64,000 nucleotides of DNA from the NCBI GenBank assembly GCA_903902325.1, contig CAIUUO010000202.1, positions 6,262 through 70,261 of the forward strand. The letters run 5' to 3'. Source of the DNA: an uncultured Bacteroidia bacterium (GTDB taxonomy: Bacteria; Bacteroidota; Bacteroidia; Bacteroidales; Prolixibacteraceae). The position numbers and the translations under genes were made by a program. Shown here one piece after another: positions 18,246 to 26,625 of this stretch. Under the pieces are notes generated by a model that worked only from the letters and a program-made list of their open reading frames with translations, did no database searches and had not been told where the DNA came from. Within the stretch, counting starts at the first letter, position 1. Every line of letters begins with the position of its first letter.

Positions 18246-19943
18246 ATGCTCAGCAGTTTTTTCCCACCGTTGAAATGGATGAAATCCTATCGGCTGAAGG
18301 ATGCCGGAAGTGACCTTCTATCAGGCATAACGCTTGCCGCCTATGGGATTCCTGTCGCCATGGCATATGCTTCCCTGGCAGGATTGCCTGTCTATTACGG
18401 AATCTACGGATATCTGATTGGAGGTCTTTTTTATGCTTTTTTCGGGACAGGCATGCAACTTGCAATCGGTCCAACCTCTGCAATCTCACTTTTGATTGGG
18501 ACCACGTTGGCCACAATGGCAAATGGGAACGTGCAGCAAACCGTGCAGATTGCTTCCCTGACAGCCTTGGTGATGGCCATGATGAGTCTCTTTGCATGGC
18601 TCCTTCACCTGAATAGCTTCGTGAATTTCATCAGTGAATCCGTATTGCTGGGTTTCAAGGCAGGCGCCGCATTAACCATTGCTCTTACACAACTTCCGAA
18701 ACTTGTAGGAACGTCAGGTGGCGGCAACAATTTTTTTGAAATGGTAATTGTTCTGGTACACCAGTTGCCATACACAAATCTTGCGGTTTTTGGCTTTGGC
18801 ATTGTGGGGATCCTTTTCCTGATTGCCAGTGAGAAAATTCTGCCTGGAAGGCCGTCGGCCATCCTTCTGGTGGTTGTATCTATCATTTTGATTTCAACTA
18901 CCTCATTGGGCCAGGCCGGTTTCTCCCTGACAGGAGAGATCCCCTCCGGATTGCCCATTTTCAAGATACCTGCACTAAGCGTTAAAGATATCGATGGTAT
19001 CATTCCGCTGGCATTTGCCTGTTTTTTGCTCGCATACATCGAAAGTGTATCGGCTGCAAAAACGCTCGCTGCAAGAGGAGGGTATGAAATTGATTCACGT
19101 CAGGAATTACTTGCCCTTGCGGTAGCGAATGCTGCAACCGCTTTCGGTCAGGGTTATCCTGTTACAGGGGGCTTGTCTCAATCGGCAGTTAACAGCAGAG
19201 CCGGAGCAAAAACCCCGTTATCCCTTGTTTTTGCTTCTGCAACCATTGCACTTTGCCTCCTGTTTCTGACAGGTCCACTGAAAAATCTGCCCAATGTTGT
19301 GTTGGCCATTATACTTCTTGTTGCAATCAGTAGTTTGTTTGATTTAAAAGGATTGAAACGTCTCTGGAAAATAAGCCGGATGGAATTTGGAGTGGCGATG
19401 ATTGCGCTGTCAGGTGTCATTGTATTTGGAATTCTCAAGGGTGTTGTTCTGGCAGCTGTTTCATCCATTGTCTGGCTGCTGTTCATTATTTCCAATCCTC
19501 ATGTTGCCTTCCTTGGCAGGATTCCAGGCACGCGCAGATACACGGATTTAGGCCGTCATCCTGACAATGAACTAATTCCGGGCATGTTGCTGATTCGGGT
19601 TGAAGCCTCCATTCTCTATTTTAATGTAGAGAAGATCAGGCATCATATTTGGTCGAAAATTATAGATGGTGGCGAATCGCTCAAATGCGTAATCTGGGAT
19701 TTCAGTACTTCTCCTTATGTTGATACGGCTGGAGCCGCATTGATCAAAAAACTTTACCTGGATCTGAAGGCAATCGGAATAAGTCTACGGATCGCTGAGG
19801 CGCATGCACAAGTTCGTGATCTATTAAGAGCCGAAGAAATTGACCACCTGTTGGGACATATCAGCAGAAAAGTTTCTGTAGATGATTTTGTAAACGGTGC
19901 AGTACCGACCGAAGAGCAAGCTCACGAGGGAATTGACAATTAG
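18246..19943 (+). CDS. SulP family inorganic anion transporter with C-terminal STAS domain
   Basis: 565 aa. The N-terminus has DLLSGITLAAYGIPVAMAYASLAGLP, followed by many TM helices and a C-terminal STAS-like region (ILYFNVEKI ... VIWDFSTSPYVDTAGAALI). Confidence 0.9.
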   Translation: MLSSFFPPLKWMKSYRLKDAGSDLLSGITLAAYGIPVAMAYASLAGLPVYYGIYGYLIGGLFYAFFGTGMQLAIGPTSAISLLIGTTLATMANGNVQQTVQIASLTALVMAMMSLFAWLLHLNSFVNFISESVLLGFKAGAALTIALTQLPKLVGTSGGGNNFFEMVIVLVHQLPYTNLAVFGFGIVGILFLIASEKILPGRPSAILLVVVSIILISTTSLGQAGFSLTGEIPSGLPIFKIPALSVKDIDGIIPLAFACFLLAYIESVSAAKTLAARGGYEIDSRQELLALAVANAATAFGQGYPVTGGLSQSAVNSRAGAKTPLSLVFASATIALCLLFLTGPLKNLPNVVLAIILLVAISSLFDLKGLKRLWKISRMEFGVAMIALSGVIVFGILKGVVLAAVSSIVWLLFIISNPHVAFLGRIPGTRRYTDLGRHPDNELIPGMLLIRVEASILYFNVEKIRHHIWSKIIDGGESLKCVIWDFSTSPYVDTAGAALIKKLYLDLKAIGISLRIAEAHAQVRDLLRAEEIDHLLGHISRKVSVDDFVNGAVPTEEQAHEGIDN

Positions 19944-20665
19944 TTCTTTATGCACCTGACTGACAAACCATACAGTTTGTCAACAAAATTTTTCCCTGCC
20001 GTTGTTTTATTATCGTAGGCATATCCAGTGTTGTAGACCAGATAGAAACGTTTGGCTGTATTTACTGTGTACTCAGTCGATGACCACCAATTGCCACTGA
20101 TTCCGTAATTGTTGTATGTGCCGTTGAAAGTACGGTAACCGCATGCCAGAGCTGTAAATCCCGTTGTATTGGTCGCATAGAGATTAGGTACATACCAGTC
20201 AATTGTGCCTGCTTCTTTTAGTTTGCCCCCTGCCAACGAATCGACTCCCAATGAGGTTGAAAGAGTTGTCCAATCGGCGTCAGAAGGAACACGCCAACCG
20301 GTTGGACATAACTTATTGGTTTGAACGGTATACCAATTGTATATTGCTCCATATTTGGCCTTGTAGGTAACAGAGTCGTTTGAGTAATACGTATATGCAG
20401 GAGTAGTCAGGTTTGACCACGTACTGTTGTCGGTCACATATTGTATATTCTTGCCATCTGTCATTTTAAATGACCTAAGGTTCTCGGCCATCCACGTCTG
20501 GGTACCTATTGTAACTGTTTTATAGACATTTCCTTCGACATCCGAAACCGAACCGTTGACAATCGTATCTGCAGTTGTATCGCTTTTCTTGCAACCACCT
20601 ATAATGAGTACAAGTAATCCAATAAATAAACCTGAATAAACCAGGATTCTTCCACTATTCTTCAT
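19940..20665 (-). CDS. FISUMP (Fibrobacter succinogenes major paralogous) domain lipoprotein
   Basis: 241 aa with lipobox LIIGGCKK. FISUMP signatures: TIGTQTWMAENL, YGAIYNWYT, CPTGWRVPSDADW, GFTALACGYR, SVRCIKN. Confidence 0.85.
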   Translation of the reverse strand: MKNSGRILVYSGLFIGLLVLIIGGCKKSDTTADTIVNGSVSDVEGNVYKTVTIGTQTWMAENLRSFKMTDGKNIQYVTDNSTWSNLTTPAYTYYSNDSVTYKAKYGAIYNWYTVQTNKLCPTGWRVPSDADWTTLSTSLGVDSLAGGKLKEAGTIDWYVPNLYATNTTGFTALACGYRTFNGTYNNYGISGNWWSSTEYTVNTAKRFYLVYNTGYAYDNKTTAGKNFVDKLYGLSVRCIKN

Positions 20666-20713
20666 TGATGTTTTTTTGTTGTAAAAATATGCTTTTGTTC
20701 CATAATATCTACA

Positions 20714-21511
20714 CTACGGCTTCCCAACATACAAATAGGCTGAAACGCTGCTTACCGCGGTAAAGATACCCAATCCATTTATAACATTAGCTTTTATTTC
20801 TGAAATTGAAAGCGAACTGCTGCTGTTTTCCTGAAAAAAGAGCACATATTCAGGTTCGATTTTGTAGAGAATGATTCTATGCTGACCGTAAAACTGGAAG
20901 GAACGGGGATTCAGTTCGTAGCTGCTTGCGCTGATCGGCTGATTCCGAAAAAAATCTTTGGCATTCGGAGACTTCGTATCAATTGGTACTTTGACACTCT
21001 CGACATTTTTTACGTAGATGAAGTAAAAACTCCCGTCATCGTTGGTCCAGTTTATTTGGATCGGATCAGGCATATCCGAAAATCCTCCGGTTCCTGTCGA
21101 GCCCCTTTGCGCAATTGAAATATTGCTTGCCGAAAGCGTCATATTCTGTGGCTTGGCAGGTGCAACGGTTGTTGCAGAGACAACCTGACCATTATATGGA
21201 AATGAAAGCACGTAGGTCTTGCCCGAAGAAATTGTTAAAGTGCTATTCGCATAAACCCCGTTTCCTGTTGAAGAAAGGGTGTATTTTTTACCAGATGTAA
21301 CGTCCGTAATATCCACAGAAAGTTTATTTACATCCATATCCGAAAGCGACATGTCGGATGTAAAAGGTATTAGTTTTGACACTTTGACCGTTGGACTTTC
21401 ATCTGCATAAAGGTAAGACTCAACCACGGGTTTGTCCTGGAATCCTGTGATTACAGTTTGTTTACATGACATCAGGAGACAAAGGGCGATTAAAAAAAAT
21501 ATTTTATTCAT
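20714..21511 (-). CDS. DUF4249-like lipoprotein (partner of the upstream TonB-dependent receptor)
   Basis: 265 aa with lipobox LLMSCKQ. Its start lies 3 nt after the receptor stop. The size and position match the usual DUF4249 arrangement. This is a family call from context, not a motif match. Confidence 0.55.
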   Translation of the reverse strand: MNKIFFLIALCLLMSCKQTVITGFQDKPVVESYLYADESPTVKVSKLIPFTSDMSLSDMDVNKLSVDITDVTSGKKYTLSSTGNGVYANSTLTISSGKTYVLSFPYNGQVVSATTVAPAKPQNMTLSASNISIAQRGSTGTGGFSDMPDPIQINWTNDDGSFYFIYVKNVESVKVPIDTKSPNAKDFFRNQPISASSYELNPRSFQFYGQHRIILYKIEPEYVLFFQENSSSSLSISEIKANVINGLGIFTAVSSVSAYLYVGKP

Positions 21512-21514
21512 GAC

Positions 21515-24235
21515 CTAAAACTTTACGGATAATGTAACATTCGGAGTTATTCCCAGATAGCTGATATCACTTTGCAAAATTACATCATCAACCACCTGAA
21601 ACTGTCTGGAGTTCACGTTAATTCTGTTGTAAAGGTTGAAAACAGAAAAACTGAGTGAGTTGTTTTTCCCTTTCTGGTTGAAGAGATTGAACCTGTAGGA
21701 AGCGGCTATGTCCATCCTGTGATAGGCCGGCAATCGGTAGGAATTCTTATCACTGACCGAATAATAGGTGGCGGTTGTTCCGTCAATCAGGTTCAGGGTA
21801 TATGCTCCAACCGGGGCAGTATAGGGTCTTCCTGTTGCGTAAATCCAGGTCGCAGAGAAATCAAAGTTTCCCCATTTGTAAATGCCAACCATCTTCAACT
21901 CGTTTGTAACATCCTGATTCGCAAAATAATATTGATCTGACTGGAGAGGGAACCTGTTCTTTACCTGTCCCAGGGTATAACAGATCCAGCCATTGAAATT
22001 ACCTGCTTTTTTTTGTGCAAGTAGTTCCATTCCAATGGCATAGCCGTTTCCTGTAAAAAATTGTTCGGTTGCCTGAATTGCAGTACCCGGTTGAGGAATG
22101 GATCTGTACCGCATAGAGTACTCTGAGATATTCTGGTTTTGCTTGTAATATCCTTCCACGCTGAAAAGGTAATCAGGCAGGTCATAGTTGAGTCCGAGAT
22201 TGAAATGTACGGATGAACTAACCGGAATTTCCTTGCCATCTGACAGGATCCAGAAATCCCTGTTCCCTGACATGATATCTTCCCTGACAACCTTGTTTGC
22301 AAACTGATAGTATAATCCTGTTGCGCCGTTTAGGGTAATCTTTGGTGCTATTTTGTAACTTGCATTGAGTCTGGGTTCAGGATATATTTTGCTCGTAGCA
22401 CTGTAATAGTTCAACCTCAAACCTGGTGTCACCGTGAGTGAGTTGTTGAAAAACAATATTTTATCCTGAAAATAGAATCCGGCAATGGTCGCTTTTATCT
22501 CTTTGTTAAGAACTGTTATGGTATCATTCTGCTGGAAATTGTATTTAATCGAATAATAGGTGCCATAACCGCCGAATTCAAATGTGTTTCTATCATCAAA
22601 CAGATATTTCCAATCGTTTTTGAGACTCAGGTCAATCAGATTGTTGTCCTCCAGAATTCCGCTTTTGCGGATGGTCGATACTGCATTCTGGTTGATGGTG
22701 ATTGATCTTCTTTGGTCTCTTGTACTGTAATAGTCCGAAAAACTCGCAAGCAAATTGGATGTCAGTTTTTCATTTACTTTCCTGGTCCATTTTGTACTTG
22801 CCCCCACATTGCCGTATCTGGTAAAATCTGAATTATCCATGGATATGCTTCCTCCGCCCGGAGGCGCTCCGCCTCCACCCGGTATTCTGAATTGAGGTGT
22901 GTTATCGAGGTAATCGGTGCCATTGAAAATGCTGAATGTGTAAACATCTTTGGCCGTTGCCTTAAAGGTAATTTTACCGTTCAGGTCATAAAAATAGGAT
23001 GCCGTATTTGCACTTCTTCCACCGAACATGGGTCTTGAGGTGTTGGAGGTAGATTTACTCAATGCACTGATTTTATCATACAGGTATCCCTGGTAAGACC
23101 TCCGGAACGCAAACAGGGTGGTTATCCGATCTCCAATGGGTATTTCCACATACGTGTTCACACTCAGTAAACTGACTTCAGCGCCTACTGTAGCTTTCTT
23201 TGAATTGCCATCCTTACCCGTAATTTCCGTAACGCTGGCTAATCGTCCCCCAAATTTTGCATCGAATCCTCCTTTGTACAATTGAACATCCTTGATGGCG
23301 TTGGAATTGAAGGCGCTGTAAAAACCATAAAGGTGATCCACATTGTACACAGTAAATCCATCATAAAGGATCAAATTCTGATCGGGCGTACCTCCCCTGA
23401 CATACATTCCCGCTGAACCTTCGTTGGAAGCGCTGACTCCGGGCATCAGCTGAAAACCCCGCATGATATCCTTTTCCCCAATATTCGGCAATATCTTAAG
23501 GGCAACAGGAGCCATTTTGATCTCTTGCGTAATGGTGGATTGCTGAAGAGCCTTGTCGTCTTTCCTGCCGTTGATAAATACCTCCGTGATTCCGACACTT
23601 TGCTGTTTTAATTCGATCCTCAGCGACTGATTTTCCTTCTGAGGTTCCAATTCAATTCTTTTTGTATGATAGCCTATATAGGAAACAATAACCACAGCCG
23701 TGTCTGCCGGTACTTTTTCCAGGGCAAAGTGGCCATTCTGGTCGCTGGTCACACCTTTTGTCGTTCCTTCGATGACGATGGTCGCGAAGGGTATTCGCTC
23801 CCCATTCTCCACATCAACAATGTCACCCGATAAAAGAAAATTTCTTTTGACAGGTTTGAGTTTTTTGCGGGATTGGGTTATTTCGGTTCTTATAATTTCC
23901 TTGTGATTCTGCAGTTGATCCATTTGCGCTTTGTCTTTTGCCACGTAGATATATCCGTCTTTCCCGACCAAGGTAACCATGCTCCAGGATGAAACGAACA
24001 TTTTCAGCATGCCACCAACAGTTTTTTCCTGGTCTGTCATCAAGGCAGTATTGAATTGCTTCAGATAATCCTGGTCATAAATGAACCGGATGTTCAGGTC
24101 CTGTCCCAATTCCGTCAGAATTTCATCCAGTCTGCCGACATAGTTTTTTGGAAGTCTGAAATTTTCAACTGTCTGTGCCTGTAAAAGCATCGGCACCACC
24201 AGTAAGACAATTACGGGGATTAATCGCTTCATCAT
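21515..24235 (-). CDS. TonB-dependent receptor with carboxypeptidase-regulatory-like domain
   Basis: The ORF extends to 24289, but the likely start is at MMKRLIPVIVLLVV (signal peptide). It has a CarbopepD_reg-like segment (SGDIVDVENGERIPFATIVIEGTTKGVTSDQNGHF), a plug region (GVSASNEGSAGMYVRGGTPDQNLILYDG) and a C-terminal beta-barrel ending TLSVKF. Confidence 0.85.
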   Translation of the reverse strand: MMKRLIPVIVLLVVPMLLQAQTVENFRLPKNYVGRLDEILTELGQDLNIRFIYDQDYLKQFNTALMTDQEKTVGGMLKMFVSSWSMVTLVGKDGYIYVAKDKAQMDQLQNHKEIIRTEITQSRKKLKPVKRNFLLSGDIVDVENGERIPFATIVIEGTTKGVTSDQNGHFALEKVPADTAVVIVSYIGYHTKRIELEPQKENQSLRIELKQQSVGITEVFINGRKDDKALQQSTITQEIKMAPVALKILPNIGEKDIMRGFQLMPGVSASNEGSAGMYVRGGTPDQNLILYDGFTVYNVDHLYGFYSAFNSNAIKDVQLYKGGFDAKFGGRLASVTEITGKDGNSKKATVGAEVSLLSVNTYVEIPIGDRITTLFAFRRSYQGYLYDKISALSKSTSNTSRPMFGGRSANTASYFYDLNGKITFKATAKDVYTFSIFNGTDYLDNTPQFRIPGGGGAPPGGGSISMDNSDFTRYGNVGASTKWTRKVNEKLTSNLLASFSDYYSTRDQRRSITINQNAVSTIRKSGILEDNNLIDLSLKNDWKYLFDDRNTFEFGGYGTYYSIKYNFQQNDTITVLNKEIKATIAGFYFQDKILFFNNSLTVTPGLRLNYYSATSKIYPEPRLNASYKIAPKITLNGATGLYYQFANKVVREDIMSGNRDFWILSDGKEIPVSSSVHFNLGLNYDLPDYLFSVEGYYKQNQNISEYSMRYRSIPQPGTAIQATEQFFTGNGYAIGMELLAQKKAGNFNGWICYTLGQVKNRFPLQSDQYYFANQDVTNELKMVGIYKWGNFDFSATWIYATGRPYTAPVGAYTLNLIDGTTATYYSVSDKNSYRLPAYHRMDIAASYRFNLFNQKGKNNSLSFSVFNLYNRINVNSRQFQVVDDVILQSDISYLGITPNVTLSVKF

Positions 24236-24537
24236 TTTCGAACAATTTTTTTGTATGTGAACCTTCATGAACTGGTTCCAAAAGATCAAAATAGGATTTG
24301 AGAAAACCTCTTTGCATTTTGATTTTTGAAAACTATTCGAATATTAAGTTCAAAAAAAATAAGTTCAACGAAATGGCATATTGGATCAACGAAACGGGCG
24401 GAAATGCGCACGGGGTCACCAGAAATGACACTTTTCGCATAAATTTCACAGGGAAGAATGCAAATAGGATAATATGTCCTCAATTGAGCCATGAACCATG
24501 GATTTTGGAGTTGCCTTTTTAGCAAATAAATTAGATT

Positions 24538-25596
24538 TTATGGATTGATATGATCCAGAAAGGCATCCATGGCATGCGTTGGTTTGCCATCTGCAGCCCA
24601 GGCGCTAAGGGCATAATGGCTCCAGCTTCGCGCCCCTTCAGGTTCCCAGTAAAGTACGCCCAATCCCTTGCCGTCAGGAACTGCCAAAATTTTTTTCTGA
24701 ACTGCGACAAGCATATCGTAGGTATTCTGAACTTTATTGTCCTCACCCCCCACTTCCACCACCATTACCTCCTTGCCATACCGTGAAACCATGTCTGTAA
24801 GATTATTTCCCAGATCATTGATGGAGAGGGTATAATCAGGATTTCCAGTAAGCCAGTAAGGATAATAGGACATTCCAATCACGTCGTATCTGGCACCATT
24901 GGATGTGGCATTGTCGAACCACCATTTGAACCTGTCGCTGTTATTGCCCTGATCCAGATGCAGAATTACATTGGAATGAGGACTAACTGCCTTGATAGCA
25001 GCATATCCCTGGTTGATTAATTGCACCAGCTGGCTGAAATTTGCAGTACTACCTTCTGGATAAACCATTCCGCCAGAGATCTCATTTCCAACCTGCACCC
25101 ATTCGGGATAAACACCTGCCGATTTGAGGGCATTCATTACATCGGCCGTATAATTATAAAGATCTTTCAATAAGGTCTGGAAATCATGACCTTCCCAGGC
25201 TTTGGGCTTTTTTTGTTTGGAAGGATCGGCCCAACTGTCGCTGTAATGAAAGTCAAGCATTACCCGCATCCCCCATTTCTGTGCCCGGACAGCCAGAGCA
25301 ACTGTTTCGGCTTTGCTGCAATGGCCGCTGAAAGGATCATCAGATGGATCCACGAAGGTTCTTAATCGGATAGAATTTATTCCATGGTCTTTCAAAATCT
25401 GGAAACAATCTGCCTCTGTTCCGTTATCATTGTAAAACTTATATCCCGTGGCTTCCATCTGGGGGAGCCAACTGATATCTGCTCCCCTGGCAAAAACAGA
25501 TATCTGGGGATTTTGAGATTCCACTTTCCCGTTGCACGCTGTCGAAAGGATCATGGAAATGAGCAAAAGGGAAATACGTACGGATGATTTTTTCAT
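24538..25596 (-). CDS. Glycoside hydrolase family 53 (arabinogalactan endo-beta-1,4-galactanase)
   Basis: 352 aa with a signal/lipoprotein sequence. GH53 motifs: RGADISWL, INSIRLRTFVDP, MLDFHYSDSWADPSKQKKPKAW, VQVGNEISGG, VVEVGG. Confidence 0.9.
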   Translation of the reverse strand: MKKSSVRISLLLISMILSTACNGKVESQNPQISVFARGADISWLPQMEATGYKFYNDNGTEADCFQILKDHGINSIRLRTFVDPSDDPFSGHCSKAETVALAVRAQKWGMRVMLDFHYSDSWADPSKQKKPKAWEGHDFQTLLKDLYNYTADVMNALKSAGVYPEWVQVGNEISGGMVYPEGSTANFSQLVQLINQGYAAIKAVSPHSNVILHLDQGNNSDRFKWWFDNATSNGARYDVIGMSYYPYWLTGNPDYTLSINDLGNNLTDMVSRYGKEVMVVEVGGEDNKVQNTYDMLVAVQKKILAVPDGKGLGVLYWEPEGARSWSHYALSAWAADGKPTHAMDAFLDHINP

Positions 25597-25628
25597 GTCA
25601 AGCCATTTTTAAGACGATCACCAACCTT

Positions 25629-26594
25629 TTACAAGTCAAATGCATAGGAAATACCCGCGGAGAAGAAAATACGTGTTTTACTGGTAATAAAATCAGGGAC
25701 ATTCATCGGTAAAGAAATATTCAGGGCAGAGTTGATTGTAAGATTCTTTAGTGTGTATTTCACAGGGAAAAGCATTTCAATTGAATTGATCTGATTGGAA
25801 GGCGTATAACTGAAAATATCTCCAAGTGTTGCTGTTGGACTGAGTTGAGACAACTGTTTGTCAATCTGTTTTTTATTTGCGATGACATTGAGTGCCAACA
25901 ACTCTTTGATGGTAATAGTGCTTCCATATTTAGTTAATAGCGGTGACAGAGATTTGAAATTTAAATTAGTTAGCCTGAAGTAAAACGAGTTATCTCCATA
26001 GTTTCCCCCGACGGAAGGGTCAAATTCAAATGTGTTGCCTTTTGCCAGTAGATTATCGGCTGCAAGATGGAAAGCGCTTGTGAAATTAAGGTTTGGGGAT
26101 TTACTTGTTCCGAAGAGATAATCGAAGGTAACTGCCGGCCGGAACCAATTGAAATTTCCGTTGGCTGATAGTCCGAATTCATTGGTAAACATGGATTTAG
26201 CTGTTGTCGATCCGGAAGAGTAGAAAAAATGTGCATAATTGGGAGCCAATATGACAGCATCATTCAAAAAGTAAAAATTCCATCCTCCCACCAGATCAAA
26301 TTCTTCCGTTGATTTTGACAAAGTTGGATTACTGTTGCCGATCATGAATCCGTTTGCAAGCAGAAAAATACCTTTCTTTCCGTAATACGCAACGCTTGAA
26401 CCCAGTGTAGGTTGTTTTACCAGATTGGTGTAAATCCCAAGGAATCCTGAATCTCCTGTGTAATCAACGGTTGCTTCTATGGTGGAAACGGATTCCTCTG
26501 TAGAAATTTTTGGAGCAGCAGGAATTTCTTGTGCTTTTGCGGTAAAACCCAACAGCACGGCCAATATCAACGTTATGAGAAGAAATTTTTGCAT
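25629..26594 (-). CDS. Putative outer-membrane beta-barrel protein, function unknown
   Basis: 321 aa with a signal peptide ending AKAQE. It shows an alternating aromatic/glycine-rich beta-strand pattern and ends GISYAFDL. Confidence 0.5.
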   Translation of the reverse strand: MQKFLLITLILAVLLGFTAKAQEIPAAPKISTEESVSTIEATVDYTGDSGFLGIYTNLVKQPTLGSSVAYYGKKGIFLLANGFMIGNSNPTLSKSTEEFDLVGGWNFYFLNDAVILAPNYAHFFYSSGSTTAKSMFTNEFGLSANGNFNWFRPAVTFDYLFGTSKSPNLNFTSAFHLAADNLLAKGNTFEFDPSVGGNYGDNSFYFRLTNLNFKSLSPLLTKYGSTITIKELLALNVIANKKQIDKQLSQLSPTATLGDIFSYTPSNQINSIEMLFPVKYTLKNLTINSALNISLPMNVPDFITSKTRIFFSAGISYAFDL

Positions 26595-26625
26595 ATTATA
26601 TTAATTTGACCATTCAATAGCTTCA

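Noticed and set aside
19940-19943. 4-nt overlap of the convergent SulP and FISUMP stop codons as a possible regulatory feature
   Set aside because: Overlapping convergent stops are common in compact genomes, and no associated structure or motif was seen.
24290-24537. ORFs 24286..24525 (-) and 24298..24522 (+) between the TonB-dependent receptor and the GH53 gene
   Set aside because: These are mutually overlapping short ORFs in an AT-rich promoter/terminator spacer. They have no signal peptide, motif or coding-like composition.
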